From the IMG/VR virus record IMGVR_UViG_3300035660_000549: DNA of 64,000 bases; one strand, given 5' to 3'. The notes under the pieces were generated by a model that did not search any database, was not told where the DNA came from, and saw nothing but the letters and a program-made list of their open reading frames with translations. Made by a program: the position numbers and the translations under genes. Source of the DNA: an uncultured virus (IMG/VR IMGVR_UViG_3300035660_000549) (lineage: Duplodnaviria > Heunggongvirae > Uroviricota > Caudoviricetes). This document shows, piece after piece, positions 47,218-56,988 of this stretch. Positions within the stretch are counted from its first letter, which is position 1, and every line of letters begins with the position of its first letter.

Positions 47218-47422
47218 ATATCATTCCTTCTTCTATTCTAATCCATTTCTTTTCTAGTGCCTGGCCAATAGCTATGTCTGGAGAGATCTTTAAAACTTCT
47301 AAGATTTCTTTCATAGCTTCTATCTTCACTCTTCCTCCAATATAGTCTAGAATATTTATTAATATTCTTTCAGGGAGTGGTATATTATAATCCTCCAATT
47401 CTTTATCTTTTAATATCTCCAC
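47207..47422 (-). CDS. Small winged-helix-like protein
   Basis: 'ERILINIL...ALEKKWIRIEEG'. Confidence 0.4.
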   Translation of the reverse strand: MEILKDKELEDYNIPLPERILINILDYIGGRVKIEAMKEILEVLKISPDIAIGQALEKKWIRIEEGMIYKI

Positions 47423-47541
47423 ACTTTGTATAGATGAATTCTATTACTTCTATAACTACTTCTGAAGAATTAAATGGTAAAGTTCCTGGAGGATTTTTAT
47501 ATGTTAAAGTCTTTCTAGGAATATAATTATGATTACACATC

Positions 47542-48477
47542 CTAAAGGCCTCTTATTATATTCAAAAACTCTTCAATCTTATCAGGATCACAATAGGAGG
47601 CACAGAAACCAGGATGGCCACCAGACTTGAAGCCAGCATTATTCAGTTTAGTAGCTACATATTTAGCTAGTACTCCTCTTAGAGAAACTTTACCAGATTT
47701 CTCGTTTATCACAATTATTGTCTTCCCAGCATTCTCTCCAGATACCTTGGAAGCTATATATGAAGAGATGTTCACATTACTAGTTGGATGGATCTTTATT
47801 ACTAGATATCTATTCTTTATAGTTTCTACAATAGGCTTACTCTTGTAAATATTGTCTTCTTCCATCCTAAACTTCTCCTGGGCATCTCTTACTTCTATGT
47901 TGTCTAGGATATCCAGTGGAGTCTTAGATATGTTCACTATCTCTAGAGCCTGTAGTGGAAAGCCTAGTCTAGACACAGCATTTATTCCAGAGGATAGGAA
48001 GTAGAAGAGAGGGAATGCACTAGTATACAGCTTATACTGGCCTTTTCCTAGGATTCCTCTCTCTTCTAGGAGTATTGGGAACATCTCCCATATCTCATCT
48101 GGTACTCTCTCTGCTTGACCATCTCCTACCAAAGATCCTACTATTTTCCAGATGGATTCTTTAGGTATGTGGTCCTTAAGTTCATTAAAGAGTATCAGAC
48201 CAGTTGGGACCTGGTCACAGTACAGTTTATATTTTCTATCCTTTGGATGGTCTGGATGGTGGTCTATACAAACTCCAGCCCAGTTCTTGTTAGTAGGGAA
48301 GCCTAGGTCTATTGCTACATCTGTATTGTACTCATTGAATGGAGGAGAAGTAGTCTTAGAAACTTTGAAGATATCCATTAGAATACTAGCACTATATATT
48401 CCGTCACTATCTCCATGAAATGAAAGAGTAAATGGTTCGATGGCCTTTAGTTCTGAATAGAGATCTTTCTGATTCAA
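47542..48477 (-). CDS. DHH-family (RecJ-like) phosphoesterase/exonuclease
   Basis: 'HGDSDG', 'IDLG', 'IDHH', 'SLRG', 'GGH'. Confidence 0.85.
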   Translation of the reverse strand: MNQKDLYSELKAIEPFTLSFHGDSDGIYSASILMDIFKVSKTTSPPFNEYNTDVAIDLGFPTNKNWAGVCIDHHPDHPKDRKYKLYCDQVPTGLILFNELKDHIPKESIWKIVGSLVGDGQAERVPDEIWEMFPILLEERGILGKGQYKLYTSAFPLFYFLSSGINAVSRLGFPLQALEIVNISKTPLDILDNIEVRDAQEKFRMEEDNIYKSKPIVETIKNRYLVIKIHPTSNVNISSYIASKVSGENAGKTIIVINEKSGKVSLRGVLAKYVATKLNNAGFKSGGHPGFCASYCDPDKIEEFLNIIRGL

Positions 48478-48554
48478 ATTCTATTTTCCTCTTTAATTAT
48501 TTTTAATATCATATTTTTCTCCTGTAAAAAACTATTGGAGATTAGTTAAAGATT

Positions 48555-50204
48555 TTATTCTTCTCTATATTTTTCTCTTATCCATTTATCAAATAGTTCT
48601 AGTGCTTCTATATAGCAACTATTACACAAATTAAAGATCCTATAATTTGTATAACTTATAGATCCTGGTACATGTCCCTCAAAAGAAACTTTACAATCTT
48701 CTGGAGCAACTTGATAACCTGGTGAAATATAACCTTTATCTACACTGGTACCTATTTCTTTTCCACACTTATCACAGAATACTTTATGCATTTACAATCC
48801 TTCCTTTTCTAGCAATACTCTTAGGATTAGTTCTACTCCTTTTTCTATGAAAAGAATATTATCTCCTACTGGACGATGTTTCCAGTTTTTTAATAAAGAA
48901 ACTATTTCCTTTCTTGTTTCTTCTTTCACTAATATCTTCCTTCCTTTCCATGACGAATGCCATGCTTGAAGGCATCTATATATAGGTTCTTAGTTTCCTG
49001 CAATAGCAACATGATCACTCTCTCCGTATATGCCCAGTGCTGTTCTGCTATTATCTGGAGTCTCTCTTCTTCTGTCAATGGAGGTCTTTCTGGAATACTA
49101 TTTTTTACTTTCTCTATATTCTCACTCATCTAATATATTCCTCCTTTTTATAGAATATTCTATCTTTAAAGATCAACCATCCACATTCTGGACAGTGATA
49201 TTCAACCATCAAATAAATACTGGATCCTTCTACGTTTTTCCACTTCTGTATCTTTAAATCTTTAATTGACCTAATGAGGTGTCTACAATTAAGACATAGG
49301 ATATCAAATTTCTTCCATCTATCCCTTCTATAGGAGGAATCCAGGTTTCCTTTGTCTATCCTAGGATCCATTCTATATCTTAATCTGTATCTATTTATTT
49401 CTTTCATTTCTTCAATTCCTCTCTTACCTTCTTAAAGAGATCAAATGCTTCGACAGCATTCCATCCTTTAACAACTATCTGCCTAGACCCAGCTAGTCCT
49501 TCTACTGTTCCTATTTCTATATCTGTTACCATTCTAGATGTTTTGATTATTTCTTTCTGAGATCTTTTCCAGAATTTCCAGTTCATTATTTATCACCAAG
49601 CCACTTCTTTTGCCAAATTTCAACTTCAATAGCAAATTTTACTGCTGAAACTAAACTGTTAGAAGTATCCAAAATGGGAAATTCTTTTTTAACCTCTTCA
49701 ACTAGATCTAACAGTTCTATCCTTCTACTATCAGCAATATTCATTTTTGGATCTAAAATAGGAAACATTTCTTTGATCTTTCTTCTAAGTTTTCCTTCAC
49801 TCACTTATTCACCATTCTTTATAATTATCTAATAATCCAGAAATCGTAATTAGAATAAACCCTATTATAAATGCAACCACTCCATTTTCTTGAGGTATCC
49901 TAGTCTGGTCAGTTGCGTTGATTAAAAATCCCAGAGTAACAAAACAAACTCCCCATAAGCCACATATGGTTCTTAAAGCTCTTATCATTCTTCAAACCCT
50001 CTATCCTTCAACTACTCCCATACCATCTAAGGTGATATTAGTTTGCTTTCCCTCTTCTTCAAATCCTCTAATAGAGAAGACATTACATCCTTTCTCTATT
50101 CCTTCTTCTATTGATTTCAATAAAGTTTCTGAAGAGATATTTTGTTTATAGATCAAACTCTTCTTTTCAGAAGGATGCTTAAAACCAACTATGATCCATT
50201 TCAT
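48555..50204 (-). CDS. Run of small hypothetical ORFs, several with Zn ribbons (48555-48791, 48929-49129, 49126-49407, 49404-49586, 49586-49804, 50001-50204)
   Basis: Tightly packed or overlapping minus-strand ORFs with CxxC motifs. Confidence 0.55.
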
Positions 50205-50228
50205 TATTCTCTACTAAAGAGATATCCA

Positions 50229-50242
50229 AAGAGATATTTAAA
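50229..50242 (-). promoter_or_regulatory. Conserved viral promoter motif TTTAAATATCTCTT
   Basis: Exact match to 21207-21220; ~30 nt upstream of ATG 50204. Confidence 0.6.
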
Positions 50243-50263
50243 TGTTTGTTAATTCCTAGTGTT

Positions 50264-50920
50264 TTAACCCAGGATAGAAACTTCTTTACATCTCTTTAGA
50301 AGGATATTTCTGAATTCTTCTAGGGTTTCCCTATTGTATGGTTCAAGATTTCTAAATGAAGGATCTATAATATTATCAGAAGGAGTAAACTGTTGGAGTA
50401 CATATTTATCATTCTTCATTAGGCCAGAAATGACTTTGATCAGATCCTCATCAACTGTCCCTGGTACTACAGTAGTTCTGAAATGATGGTCTATCCCAGT
50501 GTCTTGTATAAGCATTATACTTTCAAGGATGTCTTTCTTTATTGGGAGTTCTTTAATATCCATAGCTATATAATCCAGATATGGAATTAGTTTCTTTAGT
50601 AACCTAGGATTAGTTCCATTAGTATCAAGTTTGACCTTAGCTTCTAATCCTAGATTCAGAAACTTTACAAAAGATAAGAGATCTCTCTGTATTGTTGGTT
50701 CTCCTCCAGTTATACAGATATACTTAGAGAACTCCCTAGCCCGTCTAGCCAGACTAGAAAAGACCATACCCATAGGCATTGGTTTAGGAAACTTAGACAA
50801 AATTACTAAATCAGAATTATAACACCATTTGCATCTTAGATTACAACCTATACAGTAAAGAATAGAACAGATATGGTTTGGATAGTCTATTAAAGAAGTA
50901 GAAATCTTAGCGATTTTCAT
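50264..50920 (-). CDS. nrdG: Anaerobic RNR activating radical SAM enzyme
   Basis: 'SLIDYP', 'GCNLRCKWCYN', 'ITGGEPT', 'KLDTNG', 'AMDIK', 'FRTTVVP'. Confidence 0.92.
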   Translation of the reverse strand: MKIAKISTSLIDYPNHICSILYCIGCNLRCKWCYNSDLVILSKFPKPMPMGMVFSSLARRAREFSKYICITGGEPTIQRDLLSFVKFLNLGLEAKVKLDTNGTNPRLLKKLIPYLDYIAMDIKELPIKKDILESIMLIQDTGIDHHFRTTVVPGTVDEDLIKVISGLMKNDKYVLQQFTPSDNIIDPSFRNLEPYNRETLEEFRNILLKRCKEVSILG

Positions 50921-51290
50921 ACTGTTCTAATTTCTTTTTATATCTATTACATTTTCTATTAAGTAGATAAGACCCTACAATAATAGGTAAAGAACTAAGA
51001 ACATTAATACCCATCAGAGCATCGTACCAGAACCCAGTTGTAAACATTCCTGGTGGAAACAATTCTGCATTAATAGTAAAGTAATTACTTGATGCCCATG
51101 TATTGAATCCATCATTAATTAGACCCTGGTAGAATCCTATATTTTCTAATGCTCCTCCCCACATTCTACCCACAAACATTATATCCAGTTGCCACACAGT
51201 AAATCCCAGAGTAATAATACCAATTCCTATTAGAATCAATGGAAAGGAATCTATTATTTTACATTTAATCAACTTCAATATACTTATCAT
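50907..51290 (-). CDS. Membrane protein
   Basis: Two hydrophobic segments. Confidence 0.5.
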   Translation of the reverse strand: MISILKLIKCKIIDSFPLILIGIGIITLGFTVWQLDIMFVGRMWGGALENIGFYQGLINDGFNTWASSNYFTINAELFPPGMFTTGFWYDALMGINVLSSLPIIVGSYLLNRKCNRYKKKLEQYENR

Positions 51291-51529
51291 ATTTTAGAAT
51301 ATCTTCCTTTTCTTTCCTGTTTGTTATCTCTTTTGGTATCTAGAAGGAATTCTCTGGTGTATTTTCTTCTATTAGATACCCTAGGGATCTTGCTCTTTCT
51401 TTTATTTCTTAGAATGTAACCAGATTTAGATTTTCTTCCTAATGGATCCCATATCATAGGTTGTCGAAATCTAGTCTGACCACTTTTACTAAGAGATCCA
51501 TGTGAACCCTTCCCAGCTTTCTTAGGCAT
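51287..51529 (-). CDS. rps30e: Ribosomal protein eS30 (S30e) homolog
   Basis: 'SHGSLSKSGQTR..P' and 'KSKIPRVSNRRKY' match the archaeal eS30 pattern SHGSLTKAGKVR.QTP...PR..NR..Y; 80 aa, very basic. Confidence 0.85.
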   Translation of the reverse strand: MPKKAGKGSHGSLSKSGQTRFRQPMIWDPLGRKSKSGYILRNKRKSKIPRVSNRRKYTREFLLDTKRDNKQERKGRYSKI

Positions 51530-51614
51530 ATTTTTCCACTGACTTCTTTTATGTTGTTCTAATTTATAAGTTTATAGGCTCTCCGAAGAATGAAACTCTC
51601 AAGATCTAAAAAAA

Positions 51615-52221
51615 TTATGGATCTAGAGTCTTTAATAAAACCAGAATAGAATATTCATCAAGTTTCTTAAGACCAATTTTATCTAGGATATCATGGAAGC
51701 CAATATGTTTGTGTTCTAGTGCTGTTAAATTTTCTATCACTTCATGATTAATTGCATCAATTAGTTTAGGAATATCTTTATGAAGTTCGCATAATCTCAT
51801 AACTGGTAGAAAGAAGTAGATATTTTGGGTAAGTGGAAACTCTAAAGCTAAAGGAAGATGATCATGAATATTTATCCAGTTGGTAATTCCATCTCTATCA
51901 GGAGAATGTTCTATATCCTTTTTCTTACTTAGAAAATAATACTCCATGCTATTCTTCCTCAATTCTAGTAACATGATAATTGGGGAAATAGACTCTCTTC
52001 TTTATTCCTTCATTTCTTTCATTATGTTTAGAAATAGATATTCTAATATTACCACATCTATTACATTCTCTCTTATTAACATCATATATAGACCCTGGCG
52101 ATCCATGTTTGAAATCATCATGTAATCCTAAGAAACATAAAATCCTTAGAAGTCTATCTCTTCTAGATTTCTTCTTCTTCCTTTCCTTACGAGAGAAAGA
52201 TACTTTAAAAGAACTAGACAT
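51615..52221 (-). CDS. Two hypothetical ORFs (51615-51974; 51949-52221 with C-H...CxxC Zn ribbon)
   Basis: ORF track; 'CFLGLH...CNRCG'. Confidence 0.5.
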
Positions 52222-53062
52222 TCTTTTTCTCTACTTCTCTTTCTTTATATCGCTTCCTTCCTAATATGAAATTCTTACTATCTAGATTATACTGTTTCAG
52301 ATCTTCTTCATAGTTCTTCCAGATATTAATAATACTAAGTTTCTCATTCCATGTCCTCTTGAGATCTATCATCTTAAATAGGAAGTCTATCTCCTCCTGG
52401 AAATCTTTGTACATTTTCATATTATGGATCCTAGTGAAGATATCTTTTAGATATTTATTGAAGAATTCAAGATCTCCTTCAGCATGACGGTCTCTTACAA
52501 TATCTCTATCCTCTTCTTCAGATTCTATCATAGAAATATCCTTAAGTTCTTCATTTATGTCTATTTCATTCTCTATAGTAAAGGCTAGACATAGAGTTCC
52601 TCTACAGATGAATGGATCCACTAGCCAACTTGGAGGTACTCTAAACTCCCATCCATGACGATTACTTCTAGCATCTCCTAGATCTCCATATTCTTCTCTT
52701 CTTTCAGAATTGAATGGATATTCTTCTATAAACAGATATGGAATAGAGAAATAGTAATCAAAGTACTTACAATGATCTTGTTTACCATCTAGATGAATAT
52801 GCCCTCCTAAAAAATTTCCATTCATTCCTCCACTGGATCCAGCTTTCACTTGGTAACCATTATATTTCTGGTCAATCTTTAGAATCAGTTTCCTAATATT
52901 ATCAAAATGCTTTAGAGGATCTACAGTAGCGATAGGTCTTAGTTCTCCTACATAATTACAGCCATCATGACCTATCCTTACAGCATTCTTCACAAGATCA
53001 TAAGCATATTCTACTTCTCCATCCTTTACAAATAGAAACTCTGGATCTGATCCTATTTTCAT
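52214..53062 (-). CDS. COOH-NH2 ligase type 2 (phiEco32-like amidoligase)
   Basis: 'IGSDPEFLF', 'IGHDG', 'GELRP', 'GGHIH', 'YG..GD.R...HGWEFRVPPSWL'. Confidence 0.88.
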   Translation of the reverse strand: MKIGSDPEFLFVKDGEVEYAYDLVKNAVRIGHDGCNYVGELRPIATVDPLKHFDNIRKLILKIDQKYNGYQVKAGSSGGMNGNFLGGHIHLDGKQDHCKYFDYYFSIPYLFIEEYPFNSERREEYGDLGDARSNRHGWEFRVPPSWLVDPFICRGTLCLAFTIENEIDINEELKDISMIESEEEDRDIVRDRHAEGDLEFFNKYLKDIFTRIHNMKMYKDFQEEIDFLFKMIDLKRTWNEKLSIINIWKNYEEDLKQYNLDSKNFILGRKRYKEREVEKKNV

Positions 53063-53231
53063 ATTTATTTCCTAGGTTGGTTATCCCAACTATCCAGGAT
53101 CCTATCATTTGAGATAGGAAATATTTAATCCTCATACTTCTTTAATAGTTTACATACTTCACATTCTTCACTAGGAACAATTTCATAGGTTATTCCTCTG
53201 GGCAATATAGATTTATGTTCTATACATACTT

Positions 53232-53996
53232 TCATATTTTATCTCCAATATCTCCTGTGTAATATCTTCTAATATATCTATCAAGAGAAATTTGAATACT
53301 TGATTTATGGTAAGGAATTAGATCGTCTTTCAAATTAATTAGTATTATTTGTAAATGGTTTAATTCGTTTAAACAATCATTTTGTAATTTAGATGAAGAA
53401 TCTTTATAGTTAATATAATTATCTAGCAATTCTTTACAGAACAAAGTTTCTATATATTCTAACTGTTTAGGAATATTATAGATTACTTCCTTATGGAGAC
53501 CTAATATAATTCCTTCCATCAATATTTTATAAGATTGTAATAGTAATTTATCCATTCCATATCTTTTAAGTCTAGTTTCATTACTCATATCTTTGACCAG
53601 AGATTGGTAATAACCTAAACAATGATCCAAATATCCAGAATGAATATTCTCTAGAACTATATTTTGTAGTTCCTTTACTAATTTAGAATTTTCATAAAGT
53701 TTCTCTTCAAATAGATTATCTAGTGAATTACCATTTCCTGAAGCTAATAGTCTAAGATAATGATTAATAGGGTATTCAGTAACATCTATCCTGGAAGATT
53801 TCTCTTGATATTCTTTTGGTCTAGGTTGAAAGAATGGAGAAACCATCTGTTGTAAAGCTGGGAAATATACCCTCCTGATATCCAGATCACTATCTTGTCT
53901 AGACCATCCATAAGCATAAGAACCAGAGATAGCAATGAATAGAGAATTCTGTATACCAGAATTATCTATCCAGTATTCAAATCCTTTATACTTCAC
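53232..53996 (-). CDS. Pol-beta superfamily nucleotidyltransferase (RlaP/YcgL-like)
   Basis: 'SGSYAYGWSRQDSDLDIR', 'GNGNSLD'. Confidence 0.82.
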   Translation of the reverse strand: MKYKGFEYWIDNSGIQNSLFIAISGSYAYGWSRQDSDLDIRRVYFPALQQMVSPFFQPRPKEYQEKSSRIDVTEYPINHYLRLLASGNGNSLDNLFEEKLYENSKLVKELQNIVLENIHSGYLDHCLGYYQSLVKDMSNETRLKRYGMDKLLLQSYKILMEGIILGLHKEVIYNIPKQLEYIETLFCKELLDNYINYKDSSSKLQNDCLNELNHLQIILINLKDDLIPYHKSSIQISLDRYIRRYYTGDIGDKI

Positions 53997-54649
53997 GAGT
54001 TTAGAACCTCCCTAATCTTCTTACTCTTTACTCCTATCTTTCTATTATTGACTAGAATATTACTTATCTCTTCTTCATTTAGATCCATTAACTTCCTAAA
54101 AGGAATCTTAGATAATTCTTCTGCAGTAGTTCTCCCTACCTGAGGAACACAGGTCCACATATTAGACTTGATAGATAAAATATCCTCTTCCTTCTTGACT
54201 AGGACTGGAGCTTTACTCTCCTTCTTACCAGAATAGTTCCATATCTTTTCTAGAGTCTTTATGAATTCTTTATTGGTCTTCACTTGTTTGAACCCTAGAT
54301 TATAAGATAAATATGATATTAGTTCTATAGAAGAAATAGCATTAGTAAAGTAAAGATACTTCTCTTTGGTAATAGGTCTCCTAGTAGAGTAATCATATGT
54401 TGGTATGTCTCCAACTACTATTAGAAGTCCTCTCATACCAGATAGCTTCATACTATATAGTTGATTCCAGAGTCTTCCTTGTCTAAGAGAATTGAAGAGA
54501 TCCTTGATCTCCTTCCTTTCTATCAGAATATCTCCTAGAACATAGTCTCCAGTCTTTAGACGTTGTACTTCTACAGGTATTCCTAGTTCCTTAAGCATTG
54601 TCAATAGAGTTCTAGGTTCTCTATCGTCAATAAGTATATTGTTAGCCAA
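53993..54649 (-). CDS. ERCC4/XPF-type structure-specific endonuclease (short form with HhH)
   Basis: 'IDDRE', 'LKTGDY', 'IERKEIKDL', 'GRL..Q', HhH 'VPQVG'. Confidence 0.92.
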   Translation of the reverse strand: MANNILIDDREPRTLLTMLKELGIPVEVQRLKTGDYVLGDILIERKEIKDLFNSLRQGRLWNQLYSMKLSGMRGLLIVVGDIPTYDYSTRRPITKEKYLYFTNAISSIELISYLSYNLGFKQVKTNKEFIKTLEKIWNYSGKKESKAPVLVKKEEDILSIKSNMWTCVPQVGRTTAEELSKIPFRKLMDLNEEEISNILVNNRKIGVKSKKIREVLNS

Positions 54650-54924
54650 TTTAGAACTTCTCTAGTTCTTCATATTCAACAAGATCTCTAATCAAGAGAC
54701 CAGATATTTTATTTCAGTATTCTCCTTCACCATGTAATTCATGTACCCTAAGGATTTCTTCTATTATTATTTCTCTATATGTCTTTTGCATATTTATTCC
54801 TCTATTAAATTCTCTATCTTAATAATTAATGTTAATGCTCTACATGGAATCTTAGTTAAAGAATCCCCAGCATCATAGAAACATCCTTTATTATAGTAGA
54901 AGCACTTCTTGCAAATTACTCTAA

Positions 54925-55446
54925 CTATTTTTTCTTGTCTTTCTTCCACTTCCCATACTCCTTGAGGATCTCGTTTATTGTAATAGGAAAAAAATTCCAT
55001 TGATCTACGCCCACATTGCAACAGTCATAAGAAAACTCATAGAACTTAATAGTAGTATAACGCCAGAGATCATGTGCGTGTCCACATAATACTAAATAAT
55101 ACCCTGGTCCAGCTTCTTCTGCCCTGTGAGTAAGTAATATATCTTTCCCACCATAATAGATCCTCATATCTTTAATTATAGACTTCATATTATTGGAACT
55201 ATCATGGTTCCCAGCAACTAATATTATTTGCCCATTCAATCTGTCTAGAATATTCTTAATCTCATTTTTACTAAGTTTGAATGCGAAGTCTCCTAGATGG
55301 AAAACTGTGTCCTCTGGTTTTACCCTGGAGTTCCAGTTCTTTATTAGGGTCTCATCCATATGATAGATATTCTTGAAGGGTCTATGAGAATATTTAATTA
55401 TTTTCTCATGGCCCCAATGGGTATCTCCAGTGAAGTAGTAATTCAA
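54925..55446 (-). CDS. Calcineurin-like metallophosphoesterase
   Basis: 'GDTHWGH', 'HLGDF', 'GNHD', 'GHAH', 'NVGVD'. Confidence 0.9.
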   Translation of the reverse strand: MNYYFTGDTHWGHEKIIKYSHRPFKNIYHMDETLIKNWNSRVKPEDTVFHLGDFAFKLSKNEIKNILDRLNGQIILVAGNHDSSNNMKSIIKDMRIYYGGKDILLTHRAEEAGPGYYLVLCGHAHDLWRYTTIKFYEFSYDCCNVGVDQWNFFPITINEILKEYGKWKKDKKK

Positions 55447-55517
55447 ATATATTCACTTCCTTATATTCTGATCCGATCTAGGTTTCCATTTCAGAAAACT
55501 TAGCAATTTTTTAATAA

Positions 55518-55552
55518 ACAAAAAGGGGATTTAGGAAGATATTTTTCTTCCT
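55518..55552 (-). terminator. Possible terminator (hairpin followed by a U-rich tract)
   Basis: AGGAAGA/TCTTCCT inverted repeat followed on the minus strand by CCCCTTTTTGTTT, in an intergenic gap. Confidence 0.35.
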
Positions 55553-55736
55553 CTTTTATCTTAGAAACTAGATTTATTGAACTAGTTTCTCTTTGATCTT
55601 AGAAGCTATGGAGGTAATAGCTGTAATGGCTATATATCCAACTCCAACTATACCTGTTAATTCTATACTTAGAACAGCCCACTCCATTAGCTTTTCTAGA
55701 AAATCACTTAGCACTTCTTTTCACCTCTATTTAGGT

Positions 55737-56444
55737 TTATTCTATTACTGAATGATGCCCTTCTTTCAGTAATGTCTTTAGGTCCAAGACATCTCTTAAA
55801 TAGTTTTCCTTGACCAGTGGAAGAGAGATTAGGCCAGATACTCCTTTAGATATAAAAATAGAATATCTCTTAAGTTCTGGTCTTTCATCTCTCTCCTTAT
55901 AGATATCTTCTAGAAAGTCTAGGAAATCTTGACCAATGAACCTCTTTAGAACAGACCTATCATATGGATTGAGTGAACTATCCTTTATAATGATTCCATC
56001 AATAGTGGTCCTCAATTCAACTGGGACCGAGTGAAATCTGTGAAGTGATATTAGACTTAGAATGTATCCATTAGATAGATTGTACCTTTGTTTGAAGAGA
56101 TGTCTTATCCTAAAGTACCTCATCAGAGTTTCCTTCTCTAAAGGTCTTAGTGTTACATTGTCAGCAAATAGAATGTTTACCAGCACTGGCTTTAGACCCC
56201 ATCTTAGAAGAAGATCCAGGTCTCCATTCTCTGATACTGCACAGTTTACATTGTCTTTACCATACTTCTTGTTAGCATAGTATCCTAGAGCATTTACAGT
56301 AGTTGTTTTACCAGATCCCTGATATCCAAAGATTATGAAGTTCTTAAAGATAATATTGTTGCTTTCATAGTTTATGTCTGGTTTCCTTTCTATTATCTTC
56401 TTATTTGGGAATAGCATCTTGAAGAAATCTTCATTTACCAGCAT
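55737..56444 (-). CDS. P-loop NTPase of unknown function
   Basis: Walker A 'GYQGSGKTT', Walker B-like 'ILFADN'. Confidence 0.7.
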   Translation of the reverse strand: MLVNEDFFKMLFPNKKIIERKPDINYESNNIIFKNFIIFGYQGSGKTTTVNALGYYANKKYGKDNVNCAVSENGDLDLLLRWGLKPVLVNILFADNVTLRPLEKETLMRYFRIRHLFKQRYNLSNGYILSLISLHRFHSVPVELRTTIDGIIIKDSSLNPYDRSVLKRFIGQDFLDFLEDIYKERDERPELKRYSIFISKGVSGLISLPLVKENYLRDVLDLKTLLKEGHHSVIE

Positions 56445-56654
56445 ATTACAAAGCTCTTATTAGTATTAACTTCCTACCTTGCTGTTGGATAGAAGTATAT
56501 TCCATTGTTAGGAGACAGTCTTCTGGTATCGATACATAAGCTGGTTCTCCCTTTACTAGTTTTAGAATTTTCATATTTTAGTATTGACCTTTATTGAAAC
56601 TCTAAACATATAGTATCCTTTGGAGAATATAAGTCTTTGTTTTTCTCTAGTGTT

Positions 56655-56975
56655 TTAGAATATATAGGAATCCTCTTCCCTATTCTCCAGGTCTGGGTTT
56701 CTCTTTAGTAAATTCTCTCCTAGTGTCCCTATTACTGATATTGCTGTTTGAGGGTTGAAATGGTCTTCTATTACCTTGTCTATAATCTTAGCAAATATTT
56801 TTATTCTCTTGTTTGTTTCTTTCTGTGACCTAGGAGTTTTAAACTCACTATCTATAAGACTGAAGATCAAATACATCATATCTTCAGAAGAGAATTTCTC
56901 TTTACTTATTCCTTCTACAATTCCTTCTATTCTTTTCTTCTCTTCATCTTTTAAATCAGATATTTTATTTCCTAT
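56655..56975 (-). CDS. Hypothetical protein (ATA start)
   Basis: AAGGAGG, 8-nt spacer, ATA at 56975, in frame with the track ORF and two codons below an in-frame TAA. Confidence 0.65.
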   Translation of the reverse strand: MGNKISDLKDEEKKRIEGIVEGISKEKFSSEDMMYLIFSLIDSEFKTPRSQKETNKRIKIFAKIIDKVIEDHFNPQTAISVIGTLGENLLKRNPDLENREEDSYIF

Positions 56976-56988
56976 ATTTTATTCCTCC

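Noticed and set aside
54651..54791. Small ORF with an in-frame TGA at 54714-54716, suggesting stop-codon recoding
   Set aside because: Single short example; all long genes are intact in the standard code and TGA, TAG and TAA all terminate genes. More likely decay or chance.
54794..54928. Additional ATA start overlapping TAG at 54928
   Set aside because: An in-frame GTG with a well-spaced GGAG lies just upstream, so a non-canonical start is not required; excluded from the count.
55737..56444. P-loop protein as the terminase ATPase
   Set aside because: Only 235 aa, no nuclease domain or terminase-type motifs, and outside the structural region.
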